Shown here: positions 1-9,441 of the stretch, piece by piece
Position numbering within the stretch: position 1 is the first letter of the stretch
Layout: each line of letters begins with the position of its first letter
From: a virus
Taxonomy: Duplodnaviria; Caudoviricetes
Direction: 5' to 3' (one strand)
Virus record (IMG/VR): IMGVR_UViG_3300025424_000032
Coordinates: 1 to 28,262 of that record
DNA length: 28,262 nucleotides
Notes under the pieces: model-generated
What the model saw: only the letters and a program-made list of their open reading frames with translations
Database searches by the model: none
What the model was told of the DNA's origin: nothing
Position numbers and translations under genes: made by a program

Positions 1-177
1 CTTCATTCTCTGGTCCAAATCCACCTTCAGGACATATTCCTTTGGCATATTGGCTTCCAGTTTATTCAAATCACGTTGCAGTTCTTTGACTGCGCCCCAT
101 AGTTCACGCAGGAACCACCCCGCCACCGTCAGGATTGCACCGCCAACTATGTCTATAAGGGTTTGGTAATCGGTCAT
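1..177 (-). CDS. Partial small membrane protein (N-terminal TM helix + coiled coil), possibly holin-like/lysis-associated; runs off the window
   Basis: Not in the ORF track. Manual translation from ATG at 177: MTDYQTLIDIVGGAILTVAGWFLRELWGAVKELQRDLNKLEANMPKEYVLKVDLDQRMK... Its ATG overlaps the tail-fibre stop (ATGA). Hydrophobic segment followed by a heptad pattern. Confidence 0.65.
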   Translation of the reverse strand, partial: MTDYQTLIDIVGGAILTVAGWFLRELWGAVKELQRDLNKLEANMPKEYVLKVDLDQRMK

Positions 178-3100
178 GGGTGCGCGGCCTTATATGCGTC
201 AAATTCAGCTTTAAGTTCTTGGATGGCTTTCACAAGAGCAGCAACAATTGGCCTATCGTTAAGACCAATATATGTGCTTTCTTTGTCGGAAGCATCAATA
301 GAAGTATGCTCAACATACGCTTGTGGTATGTAATCTTTAACTTCTTGAGCAATAAAACCAAGTTCTTTTGGGCTATCCTCATCAGCATCTTTCATCCGAT
401 AAAGAGTTGGCTTTAACTGAAGAATAGCATCCAACCCGATAGCTGATGGTTCAAAATCTTTTTTCCTATTTACGTCAGATAGCGCGGTATAAGTACCATT
501 GGCTGTATTAACGGATGCTATGTTTGCTGAACCATTATAAAGGTAAATCACGTTGCTGGTTGTATACCAACCGTACCAGTTTGTAGTGGATGTTGCAGCG
601 GAACTTCTGTTTTCCCAAAAATACCCAGCTGCACTTCCTTTTGAAAAAGGAGCGCCATTAACCACTAAAGTTGGAAATACGATTGAGGCCGAAGTAGTGG
701 TCGTCGTCCCCACCAGCAGATTGCCGGAGGAATCGATGCGCATACGTTCGGTAACGTTTGATGACCCAGCGGACTCCGTTGCGAAAACGAGAGAGCCAGC
801 GTAACCTGTTGCATTGTAACTTTCGTAAAAACCGTATACACCAGCTAGCTTCGCGCTACCACTGCCGTTCCTATTAAAAAATTCAATGCCGGAAGTTTCC
901 CCAAGAGCCGAACTTTGCGAATTGACAACACTAACTACCGCAGTTGAAGAACCAACTGTCGTTGATGTGCTTGCTTTTGAAACTTGCAGTATTGTGCTTG
1001 GCGAAGTCGTCCCAATGCCTACGTTGCCGCTGGTGTCGATACGCATCGCAGATGCAAGCGTATTGGCTGTAGTGCCTGTTGATCCAACTGGGGCAACTTG
1101 GAAATCAATGTATCCAGAGCCGCCCGTGCCTGTGCCGTTACCTGCATATAGCGATAAATTACCGCCAGTGATGTTGGTTCCCGTGCCGTTTGGCGAACGG
1201 ATAATAGAAGCACTTGGCGTAGCACCCGCATCACCACGGCCCAAAATAAAGACAGGACTTGCTGAAATATCAAGTTGGGCGGCTTGCGTACCGTTTGTGT
1301 AGAACGATAGCGGCAAATACGTACCCGTGCCGTTGATACCCGACACCAACTGAACGTCTGTGGAGCCGTTCGTCGCAATCAAAATTTTGGATGCGTTGGT
1401 AGGATTAGCGGCATTGGTTGCTTGCCAAGAAGCAGCCGTGGATGTGCCGTTAGGCAGCGCATAAATGCCCGTTGTGCCGTTGGTTGTACTTGTTTGGAAA
1501 GCCAGACGATTTGTGATGGTTGCGTTGGTAAAATCACCAAGAATACGCGCACCAGTTCCAGTAAACGTCTCGTTACCGCTATTGCTGACACTGCCCGTTG
1601 TTAAAGCCGTAACCGTAGGCGAATTAGACCATGCAGGAGCGACACCAACGCCGCCGGACACAAGAACTGATCCCGTAGCAACGTCAGCCAGTTTGGATAG
1701 CGTTGTAGAAGCAGAAGCGTACAGAAGATCGCCAACCGTGTAGGACGTGATGTTTGTGCCGCCAGAGGCTACAGGAACCACGCCGCCAAGCGTTGCAAGC
1801 GTAACCGTCGTCCAAGATGGAGCGGCAGACGCGCCACCAGACGTTAAGAACTGACCGGACGTGCCGTATGTAGCGCCACCAATGCCTAACTGACCCGCAG
1901 GGCCAAAGCGGAAGGCTTCCGTTGGCGAGTTTGCGCCAGTGGCGGTTGTAAATACAGACGCATATGTACCCTGCGCCGTATCCGTAAAGTTTTCGGCCGC
2001 CGTAATATCAAACCGTCCCGTAGACGCGGTAGCAAATCCAGTTGCGCCATAACCACGACCCGTAAACTGAGCCAGTGTATCACCAGACTGCGACGCAGTA
2101 GGCGAAGCCGCCGTGCCACGGGCCATACGTGCAGTGAACACACCGTAAGCGCCAGTGCCGTAAGCATCTTGCGTAATACGGGTATTAGCAGCATTTGCGC
2201 CAACAATGTACAAGTCAGTACCCGCAGGGAGCGTAGCCGTTGGCGTGGTCGTCTGTGTATTGGAAACAACCGTCAACTGCGTCTGTGGTGTGGCGGTGTT
2301 AATACCCAAACGGTTGTTGGTGTTATCCCAGAAGAACTTAGCATTGTTCTGGCTGTAAACGCCAGATGCACCCGCAAATACGACGGAGCCAGTGGTAAAG
2401 GCCGTTGAAGTACCCGTGCCGCCATTGGCAACGCCCAAAGTTCCAGTAACACCTGTTGTTAAAGGAAGACCCGTAGCATTAGTTAGCACAAGCGCAGTTG
2501 GCGTTCCCAGTGCTGGAGTTACAAGTGTTGGCGACGTAGAAAGAACAACTGAACCAGAACCTGTGGAAGTTGTTACACCTGTGCCACCTGCCAAAACAGG
2601 CAATGTACCAGCCGTTAAAGCAGATGAAGATGTTGAATAAATAGCATTATTGGCTGCTGTAAATGTGGTTAAACCAGTTCCACCATATCCAGTTGCGATA
2701 GTTGTTCCGTTCCAAACACCCGCAGTAATTGCGCCGCTTGTGCCAATCGTCATGGCATCCGTTGCGCCGTTATTTACTACAAAGTGAATAGCATTATTTG
2801 TCGTTGTACCAATAGCAAGGTCAGCGGATGTCGCATCAAGATAAACAGTATTAGGTGCGTTAAATGCACCCGATCCTGCAAATGTTGAAGAATTCATCCC
2901 CAATTCGCCATAATACGTTGATGACGTACCAAGGTTGTTGGAAACAATAAAGTTTGTGGAGGCAGTGCTGCCGGAATTGGTGTTTTGAAGCACCATTTCG
3001 TTATAGGTGTTTACGCTATTGGTATAAGACGCAAAGATATTCGTATCGCTATAGCCAAGCGTACCGTAACTATAAGCACCTGCGTTCAGCGCACTGGCAA

Positions 3101-5753
3101 GCGAACCGTTGGCGGTCACATAGGTAAACGCACCCGTAGAAGGCGTTGTTGCGCCCACCGTGCCGTTAATGCCGCTGACCCAAGATGCAGTCGTGCCGTT
3201 GGATGTTAAGATTTGTGTATTCGTACCAATGCCCAAGCGGGTTGCACTGTTCGTGCCGTTCCCAATAATTAAGTCGCCCGTTGTGGTAATTGGCGAAAGC
3301 GCATTGAATGCAGCGGATGCAGTTGTCTGGCCCGTGCCGCCAAACGAAATACCAACGGTGCTAAGGCCAATGGTATTACCAGTCTTGGTGATAGGTGCAG
3401 ATACGGTGATATTACCGGAAGAAGATGTCTGCACCCACACAAGAGATGTAGTGCCAACCGTAATCGTGCCAGTCGTATTCATAACCCATGAGGTTGAACC
3501 CCATGTTGTGCCACCGCTAACAAATGTAGAAGCGCCAGTTTCAATAAAATTAGGGCCAGTGCCGACCGTGTTAAAGTCAGTTGCACGGGTAAGAACCCAG
3601 TTGGTTGAACCAGAACCAAGTGTTGTGACGGTATAAATACCGTTCTGTGCGCCAGTGCTTTGGTCTTTAACAAGAATGCGGTCATTTAATGATGCAGTAT
3701 AACCATCAACAGCAAAAGCGGCCTGTGCGCCACTATTGGTAAGCGTAGCGCCAACACCAGCAGTTCCGTTGTTATACGTGGCAGTCAGATTGGCCGTAGT
3801 AGCCGCCGCAGAAGCCGTATGGAATGTCGTATTGCTGACAGCAGAAACCTGACCATCAACATATTGTTTGGTGGACAACTGCAACGCGGAAACTGGGTCT
3901 TGCGTAACCGTAACCGTTGTTAAACCAGACAACGTAGCCACTGTAGCACCCAGTGATACAGATGTCGTTCCAAGCGTAATAGATGAATTGGTTAGACCAG
4001 CGTTAGGAATAGTAGCCGATGCCGTAACCGCGCCAGTGCCGTTACCAAATAGATAACCACTGAGAGTAGACGCACCCGTACCACCATTGGCGACAGGAAG
4101 AATGCCAGTAACGCCTGTTGTGAGCGGCAAGCCTGTAGCATTGGTTAAGATAGCCGCAGATGGTGTGCCAAGGGCTGGCGTAAGAAGTGTTGGCGAATTT
4201 GACAACACTACAGAACCAGTTCCCGTGGATGTTGTAACGCCCGTGCCACCTGCCGATACTGGCAATGTCCCTGATGCAAGAACGGAAGAAGATGTTGCGT
4301 ATAAAGCGCCACCAGATGTAAATGATGTAAGACCGGTACCGCCGTTTGTCGTTCCAAGCGTACCCGTAACACCCGTCGTTAAAGGAAGACCTGTTACGTT
4401 TGTCATAACGCCTGATGACGGTGTACCAAGAGCCGGAGTGACTAAAGTTGGCGAATTTGACAACACTACGGAACCAGTTCCCGTGGATGTCGTTGTTCCC
4501 GTACCGCCAGATGCTACAGGCAATGTGCCAGTGGTAAAAACAGACGTGGACGTTGCATATAAAGCACCGCCAGAAGTAAACGACGTAAGGCCCGTACCAC
4601 CATTGGCCGTTCCAAGCGTACCCGTCACATGAGTAGAAAGACCAATTTTACCCCAAGACGGAGCAACGCCGACCCCTCCAGAAATAAGAGCATTGCCAGT
4701 AGCCACGTCATTAAGACGGGCCAAGGTGGAAGATGACGAAGCATAAAGAAGGTCACCCGTCGTATACGATCCATAGCCCGTGCCGCCCTGCGTTTCAGAT
4801 AATGGCGTGGTCAGGCCAGAAAGGGATGTAATATCGCTATTTGCACCTAAAGATGCCGCACTAAGGTTTGCCCTTGCAGTTGACGCTGTGGTTGCGCCTG
4901 TGCCGCCATACAGAATACCAATAGGATTTCCCTGCCAAGTGCCGGAACTAATTGTTCCAATAGACACCGTTCCAGTAGCTGTAAGATTGGTAAACGTACC
5001 TGCCGCAGCAGTAGTCCCGCCAATAACCGTTTGGTCTATTGTTCCGCCTGTAATCGCAACGGCGTTAGCGTTTTGGGTAGCCATCGTACCAAGGCCAACC
5101 ACTTGGCTTGGCGTAATAGAAATGGTTACGCTATTGGCGGTTGTAATTTGTCCTTGAGCGTTAATTGCTATCCGAGGAACAGTTGATGCCGTACCGTAGG
5201 TCTGTGCTGATACCCCAGTATTAGCAATCGCAATCGTTCCGCTTGTGGTAATTGTTCCACCGGAAAGACCCGTTCCAGCCGTGATTGATGTAACACTACC
5301 AAATCCGTAATTAAGGGATTTAACATAAGCTGTTGTTGCCAACGAGGTGCTATTGTCACTTGACGCAGGTGTAGGTGCTGTTGGATTTCCTGTAAATGCA
5401 GGAGACGCTAAAGGTGCAGCGCCTAACAAAGTCATTGTTTGTGCAACAGTTAAATCTTGAGGCTGCGCTGGACTTGCTGAATTGTTACCCTTGATTGACC
5501 GGGCGGCCATATTGGCGAGGTAAGTATTGTCTATGCTGTTTGTATTTAAGCCAATCGTACCCGTTGTGGTAATAGTGCCGCCAGACAATGGCGATTGAGC
5601 CGTGATCGATGTTACAGTACCGCCATTGGCGTTGAGGTTTGCAACCTGCTGCGCTGTCGCGCTCGATGACACGCCATTTTGAACCACCATAAGCTGGGCG
5701 GAACCGCTTAACGAAGTTAGAACTGGGAGGTTGGTAACGGTAATGTTGCTCAT
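174..5753 (-). CDS. Long tail fibre / receptor-binding protein with C-terminal intramolecular chaperone (Peptidase_S74-like)
   Basis: 1859 aa, T/G/S/A-rich, with many 'xxGGTG' fibre repeats and 'RIDSSGNVGIGT'-type repeats. The C-terminus 'LSDVNRKKD...ILQLKP..Y...GFIAQEV...LVKAIQELKAEF' is the S74 auto-cleaving chaperone signature. Confidence 0.9.
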   Translation of the reverse strand: MSNITVTNLPVLTSLSGSAQLMVVQNGVSSSATAQQVANLNANGGTVTSITAQSPLSGGTITTTGTIGLNTNSIDNTYLANMAARSIKGNNSASPAQPQDLTVAQTMTLLGAAPLASPAFTGNPTAPTPASSDNSTSLATTAYVKSLNYGFGSVTSITAGTGLSGGTITTSGTIAIANTGVSAQTYGTASTVPRIAINAQGQITTANSVTISITPSQVVGLGTMATQNANAVAITGGTIDQTVIGGTTAAAGTFTNLTATGTVSIGTISSGTWQGNPIGILYGGTGATTASTARANLSAASLGANSDITSLSGLTTPLSETQGGTGYGSYTTGDLLYASSSSTLARLNDVATGNALISGGVGVAPSWGKIGLSTHVTGTLGTANGGTGLTSFTSGGALYATSTSVFTTGTLPVASGGTGTTTSTGTGSVVLSNSPTLVTPALGTPSSGVMTNVTGLPLTTGVTGTLGTTNGGTGLTSFTSGGALYATSSSVLASGTLPVSAGGTGVTTSTGTGSVVLSNSPTLLTPALGTPSAAILTNATGLPLTTGVTGILPVANGGTGASTLSGYLFGNGTGAVTASATIPNAGLTNSSITLGTTSVSLGATVATLSGLTTVTVTQDPVSALQLSTKQYVDGQVSAVSNTTFHTASAAATTANLTATYNNGTAGVGATLTNSGAQAAFAVDGYTASLNDRILVKDQSTGAQNGIYTVTTLGSGSTNWVLTRATDFNTVGTGPNFIETGASTFVSGGTTWGSTSWVMNTTGTITVGTTSLVWVQTSSSGNITVSAPITKTGNTIGLSTVGISFGGTGQTTASAAFNALSPITTTGDLIIGNGTNSATRLGIGTNTQILTSNGTTASWVSGINGTVGATTPSTGAFTYVTANGSLASALNAGAYSYGTLGYSDTNIFASYTNSVNTYNEMVLQNTNSGSTASTNFIVSNNLGTSSTYYGELGMNSSTFAGSGAFNAPNTVYLDATSADLAIGTTTNNAIHFVVNNGATDAMTIGTSGAITAGVWNGTTIATGYGGTGLTTFTAANNAIYSTSSSALTAGTLPVLAGGTGVTTSTGSGSVVLSTSPTLVTPALGTPTALVLTNATGLPLTTGVTGTLGVANGGTGTSTAFTTGSVVFAGASGVYSQNNAKFFWDNTNNRLGINTATPQTQLTVVSNTQTTTPTATLPAGTDLYIVGANAANTRITQDAYGTGAYGVFTARMARGTAASPTASQSGDTLAQFTGRGYGATGFATASTGRFDITAAENFTDTAQGTYASVFTTATGANSPTEAFRFGPAGQLGIGGATYGTSGQFLTSGGASAAPSWTTVTLATLGGVVPVASGGTNITSYTVGDLLYASASTTLSKLADVATGSVLVSGGVGVAPAWSNSPTVTALTTGSVSNSGNETFTGTGARILGDFTNATITNRLAFQTSTTNGTTGIYALPNGTSTAASWQATNAANPTNASKILIATNGSTDVQLVSGINGTGTYLPLSFYTNGTQAAQLDISASPVFILGRGDAGATPSASIIRSPNGTGTNITGGNLSLYAGNGTGTGGSGYIDFQVAPVGSTGTTANTLASAMRIDTSGNVGIGTTSPSTILQVSKASTSTTVGSSTAVVSVVNSQSSALGETSGIEFFNRNGSGSAKLAGVYGFYESYNATGYAGSLVFATESAGSSNVTERMRIDSSGNLLVGTTTTTSASIVFPTLVVNGAPFSKGSAAGYFWENRSSAATSTTNWYGWYTTSNVIYLYNGSANIASVNTANGTYTALSDVNRKKDFEPSAIGLDAILQLKPTLYRMKDADEDSPKELGFIAQEVKDYIPQAYVEHTSIDASDKESTYIGLNDRPIVAALVKAIQELKAEFDAYKAAHP
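4087..4632 (-). repeat. Internal tandem repeat (~258 bp / 86 aa period) in the tail fibre, with a further copy near 2392-2640
   Basis: The unit 'TGTLGTxNGGTGLTSFTSGGALYATS...GTLPVxxGGTGxTTSTGTGSVVLSNSPTLxTPALGTP...TGLPLTTGV' repeats. DNA 'tggcgaatttgacaacactac' occurs at 4191 and 4449. Confidence 0.85.
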
Positions 5754-6481
5754 GTTATCGGCCCAGTTAATGGTATCTGAGTGTAGCCATAAGGCAGTCC
5801 GACCAGAGCGGTGACAATGAGTGTCGTACCCTGAAGCAGATTACCTGATGGTATAGCACTATTTGTTTGATAAGTGAATTGCGTAGCTGTGGTTACAGTA
5901 ACGCTGTACATTCCATCGGCGGCATTTTTAGACAGTCCCTCAACCGAAACCTGTGCGTTGGTGGCCAAGCCATGCGGCGATGAGCAATTAACCGTAACCG
6001 TGCTTGTTCCATTAGCCAAAACGGATGTCGGATTGACGTTTACGCGGTACGCGGTTGATAAAAATTGCGGTTGTACAGCGTTCTGATCCAAGCCTGTAGG
6101 CGCACCAATTGGTTGCGTTGTCGGCGTAAAACCGTCTTGGTTGATCAAACTGACCGTTGGATAGATTGGAATACCCGTTGTTGGGTCCGTAGGAGCGCCT
6201 GCAGATACCGCAATTGTCGTTGTTTCGGCCGCAGCATAGTCTTGAACGCGAGAATTTTGGATAGGCGTTGGATCTGAAGGCAAAACGATGGCGCGTAATT
6301 GATTTTGTGGTTTATCAAGGCACGGGCTACATACCAGAATACGTTTGTTAATTAAGCCAGCGCCTGCATAATCAAACTGCCACTGCAATTGACTGTGATT
6401 GTACAAAAATCCGCAACGATCGCAAATAGCAAACGCCTTTGGGTTTCTGATAGATACTGAGGCACGGCCGTGAGGTCTCAC
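5750..6481 (-). CDS. Virion-associated protein with N-terminal CxxC...CxxC zinc-finger-like motif and C-terminal beta-rich (FCCH-like) domain
   Basis: CDRC...CSPC near the N-terminus and C-terminal 'VTVNCSSPHGLATNAQVSVEGL...DGMYSVTVTTATQFTY'. ATGA/GTGA overlaps with both neighbours. Confidence 0.6.
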   Translation of the reverse strand: MRPHGRASVSIRNPKAFAICDRCGFLYNHSQLQWQFDYAGAGLINKRILVCSPCLDKPQNQLRAIVLPSDPTPIQNSRVQDYAAAETTTIAVSAGAPTDPTTGIPIYPTVSLINQDGFTPTTQPIGAPTGLDQNAVQPQFLSTAYRVNVNPTSVLANGTSTVTVNCSSPHGLATNAQVSVEGLSKNAADGMYSVTVTTATQFTYQTNSAIPSGNLLQGTTLIVTALVGLPYGYTQIPLTGPIT

Positions 6482-7425
6482 CTAAAGTACCCCTGTATTT
6501 GCGGGGATATGTACTGTTGGGCGGTTTCTACGTTTTGCTCGGCCGCAACCTGATAAGCCTCATCGGCCAATGGTTTGAGCATCATGGATTTTTCTGGGTT
6601 CCACATAACGGCAAGACGATGACCAAGGGCATAAGCATAGGCTTCCATCCAGAGATACGGTATATCAACCGTTTGGCCAGACGTATAATTACTATCTTGG
6701 AGTTGCCGCACACGGTAGTATTTAAAATATTGCGACGACGTTCCATCCGGAACAGGCCAGAGAGTCACTGAAGGACCCGGCGAACCCGCCGATCGAGACG
6801 AACTAATTAAACGATCAAACCAAAATACCGTTGGGAATCCTGTCTGTTGCTTATTGGGATATGATGCATATTCCGTACGAGAAACAGGCAAAATTATACG
6901 GTCTATCGGTTGTGCTGAGTTGTTTGTTGTTTCCACATAAGCGTCGAGAAGAACAACGGTACTAGGATCAACCGAATACGTACCTGCTGGAGTAGAAGAC
7001 GATATAGTTCCCGCTACTGTTTGTGCGCCTGTTGTGGAGTTTGCATAAGAAACAGATCCATTTGACGATGCAGTGACCGTATAAGTGCCGTTATAGCCCG
7101 ATGGCGTAACACCAGACACTGTAATTTGCGTACCTACTGTGTAAACAGGCGTATTTGGCGTGGCAAACGTCAGTGTGGCAACCGATCCAGTACCTGTAGC
7201 ACTTAGTGTGGTAGGCGTTTGGTTAAAGTTAACCGTTTGAAGATCCACCGTCCATAGGTTTACGCCACGGTTAGACCAGTTAGCCAAAAGCATATTCGAC
7301 GCCATACGGGCCGATTCCATATGCTCTTGTGCTATTGCCGTATTGCGTATCTCAGCAAGGTTAAACGCATAAAGCGTAAGTTCGCCAAGCGACGGATTAT
7401 AGTTGTAAGTGCCGCTCGTAGCCAT
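6478..7425 (-). CDS. Putative head-tail adaptor / tail tubular protein with inserted beta-rich domain
   Basis: Helical N-terminus (ARMASNMLLANWSNRGVNLW), then 'SRTEYASYPNK..G.P..FW', 'VTLWPVPD' and 'IPYLWMEAYAYALGHRLA'. This pattern and the position after the capsid genes fit podovirus adaptors. RBS AAGGAG upstream. Confidence 0.6.
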   Translation of the reverse strand: MATSGTYNYNPSLGELTLYAFNLAEIRNTAIAQEHMESARMASNMLLANWSNRGVNLWTVDLQTVNFNQTPTTLSATGTGSVATLTFATPNTPVYTVGTQITVSGVTPSGYNGTYTVTASSNGSVSYANSTTGAQTVAGTISSSTPAGTYSVDPSTVVLLDAYVETTNNSAQPIDRIILPVSRTEYASYPNKQQTGFPTVFWFDRLISSSRSAGSPGPSVTLWPVPDGTSSQYFKYYRVRQLQDSNYTSGQTVDIPYLWMEAYAYALGHRLAVMWNPEKSMMLKPLADEAYQVAAEQNVETAQQYISPQIQGYFR

Positions 7426-7434
7426 GTTGGCTCC

Positions 7435-8256
7435 TTAGAAGGTCGTAGCGGTAGCGTCAGCGATCAGATAACCACCTGCGAAGATTGAACCAACAAATGG
7501 GCCACCTGTATTAGACTTCATTTGAAATTGAATATCCGTGCCGCCGGGGTGGCCCACAGGAACCGTGTATGGAATGTTGAAAATTTGAACAAATGGCGAC
7601 TGAGAAAGCAATGTCGTATTGCCGTTCACGTTATAGGTATAACCATTTTCTGTGATGCTATTAGCAATATTGAATTTATTATACTCAGCAAAAATCATAT
7701 AGTTGCTAGATGTAAATCCAATGCTTGCGTTGCCTTGCACATATGTCAAATAAAACGAATAACCCTTTGGCACGGTGTAAATCGACATTTGCGTTTGACC
7801 GACACCTGCGTTGATTTGGGCGTAAAGAACGGTTGCAATTTTACCAGTAATGTTCCCTGCGTTGATGCCATTCGTCACAAACATACCATTGATGCGGAAG
7901 AACGAATTGGTTGTCGTTGCCGTGCCTGAGCCGTTTAAAGTGACAGATTCAGACAGAAGATTATAACTTGAATCCAAACCATTGACCTGAACAGTCAAAC
8001 CAGAATCGGTCGCGCCAGATGCGCTGAGAAGAACAATAACACCCGCAGAAGATGGGTATGTGTAATTACCGCCTGATTGAGTCAAACCTTCCCATAATGG
8101 GCCAAGAGCAGTTCCGCCAATTTGTGTGCTATAGCCAAAAATTTCTACAGGCTGGTGATTTGTGATTTGACCACGCGAAACCTGTAATTCAAACGGCTCA
8201 TGCTTGCCATTCTTGGTAATTGAGTCCCAGACAACGCCAGTTTGAGAAATAGTCAT
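7435..8256 (-). CDS. Hypothetical virion structural protein (beta-rich)
   Basis: 273-aa ORF in the structural operon, G/T/S-rich, tightly spaced with neighbours. Confidence 0.6.
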   Translation of the reverse strand: MTISQTGVVWDSITKNGKHEPFELQVSRGQITNHQPVEIFGYSTQIGGTALGPLWEGLTQSGGNYTYPSSAGVIVLLSASGATDSGLTVQVNGLDSSYNLLSESVTLNGSGTATTTNSFFRINGMFVTNGINAGNITGKIATVLYAQINAGVGQTQMSIYTVPKGYSFYLTYVQGNASIGFTSSNYMIFAEYNKFNIANSITENGYTYNVNGNTTLLSQSPFVQIFNIPYTVPVGHPGGTDIQFQMKSNTGGPFVGSIFAGGYLIADATATTF

Positions 8257-8258
8257 AA

Positions 8259-8657
8259 TTACTTACCTTTTTTTGCGCCTGAAGGGGAAACAGGCCACGA
8301 CCTTCTTGTCGGACTTGTTTTTTCCTTAGACATTGTTTGTTTTTCGGACTTGGACATAGAAGATGCCGCATGAGCGGGCCTACAAGCAGGATATGGACGA
8401 CTGGATTTTTCACTACCCGATCGACCGCATGCCTCACCTGTCTTTATGTCTTTCCAGTCCTCGTGAAACCATTTACCCAAACCGCCGCCAGAATCTTTTT
8501 TGACGCGATTATCGTCACCGGACCAGTGGCCACCGTGTTCTTTATACCACTTTGACGCAAAAGCATTAGCATAAGCCGATGGATACACATCAAATTTGGC
8601 ACGGGCAGCGGCCTTTGCTCGACCCCATAGACCAGCGTTTTGCGCTTTAGCAGACAT
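8259..8657 (-). CDS. Small basic phage protein (DUF5872-like)
   Basis: Motifs 'LWGRAKAAARAKFDVYPSAYANAF..KWYK..GG.W' and 'GLGKWFHEDWKDI...CGR...YPACRP'. Family recalled from memory, not searched. Confidence 0.55.
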   Translation of the reverse strand: MSAKAQNAGLWGRAKAAARAKFDVYPSAYANAFASKWYKEHGGHWSGDDNRVKKDSGGGLGKWFHEDWKDIKTGEACGRSGSEKSSRPYPACRPAHAASSMSKSEKQTMSKEKTSPTRRSWPVSPSGAKKGK

Positions 8658-8740
8658 TATTTTCGCACCAACAACAAAGCAACAATCACAAGAGAAAGAA
8701 CAATTTGTGCAATTTCACCAAATGATAAACCGACAACCAT
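8657..8740 (-). CDS. 27-aa single-pass membrane peptide
   Basis: Manual translation MVVGLSFGEIAQIVLSLVIVALLLVRK*. It fills the gap exactly: starts 1 nt after the upstream stop and ends in a TAATG overlap with the next gene. Confidence 0.6.
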   Translation of the reverse strand: MVVGLSFGEIAQIVLSLVIVALLLVRK

Positions 8741-8741
8741 G

Positions 8742-8984
8742 TTAGCAACCCCACTTGCGAAGAGACTTGTTAATCCGACTATCAGGATCTGCCGCTTTAG
8801 CCGAACCAGTCATTTTACGTTTCATGCCAGTCATTCTAGCACAAAAGTTATCATGACGGGGATTATCTTTATCCTTAGTCGGTGCTTTTAAGTGATGACC
8901 TTCGGCACGGGCCGATTGACGACCACGTTCGTTAAGTCCACCGGATGGTGATTTGCCTTCAGAGCGTGTCCAAGCAGCAGTCAT
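8742..8984 (-). CDS. Small basic phage protein (DUF6321-like, 'FCARM' motif)
   Basis: 'AWTRSEGKSPSGGLNERGR...LKAP...FCARM.GMK...DPDSRINKSLRKWGC'. GGAG RBS upstream. Family recalled from memory. Confidence 0.6.
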   Translation of the reverse strand: MTAAWTRSEGKSPSGGLNERGRQSARAEGHHLKAPTKDKDNPRHDNFCARMTGMKRKMTGSAKAADPDSRINKSLRKWGC

Positions 8985-8995
8985 TTTAAACTCCG

Positions 8996-9023
8996 AAAAG
9001 GGAAGAAGGGGGCTTTCGCCCCC
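8996..9023 (-). terminator. Intrinsic terminator/attenuator hairpin after the His-rich gene
   Basis: Minus strand GGGGGC-GAAA-GCCCCC followed by TTCTTCCCTTTT (imperfect U tract). Confidence 0.6.
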
Positions 9024-9029
9024 AACTTA

Positions 9030-9431
9030 TTAATCGTGTTCTGGCTCGTACGAGTGATGAGCCTTTGGCTCTTTACCCGGATTTGCCGAGGACAATGGGT
9101 TCATATCCGATGCACGACCGCCTGCCTTACGTGGCTTACGATCGCCGCGGTGATGAGCCATTTTACCCATAGCCATACCAACGTGGTGCTTTGCCTTACC
9201 GCCATGCTTACGCTTTTTTGCTTCCACTTCAACGTGGGAACCTTTGCCTGCGTAAACTTCTTCTGGCGACGAATCGTCAGCGAAGTGGCCTTCCATGTCC
9301 GACTCCACGTCATGATGCATGACATGGCCACCCTTGGCGTGAGCCGCACGAGGGTGTTTGTGATGCACTTCATGCCCATAGTGATGGGCTTTTCCACCGT
9401 GCATATGGTGATGTGCCTTGTGACCCTTCAT
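9030..9431 (-). CDS. Histidine/lysine-rich low-complexity protein
   Basis: 133 aa with about 25 His. Contains HMHGG, HAKGG, RKHGG and RKAGG motifs. AAGGAG RBS upstream. Confidence 0.75.
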   Translation of the reverse strand: MKGHKAHHHMHGGKAHHYGHEVHHKHPRAAHAKGGHVMHHDVESDMEGHFADDSSPEEVYAGKGSHVEVEAKKRKHGGKAKHHVGMAMGKMAHHRGDRKPRKAGGRASDMNPLSSANPGKEPKAHHSYEPEHD

Positions 9432-9441
9432 GGTTCACTCC

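Noticed and set aside
174-900. Diversity-generating retroelement target at the fibre C-terminus
   Set aside because: No reverse transcriptase and no template/variable repeat pair with adenine-specific mismatches in this window.
180-5157. Many plus-strand V/P-rich ORFs opposite the tail fibre
   Set aside because: Antisense shadows of Thr/Gly codon repeats, with no RBS or independent signal.
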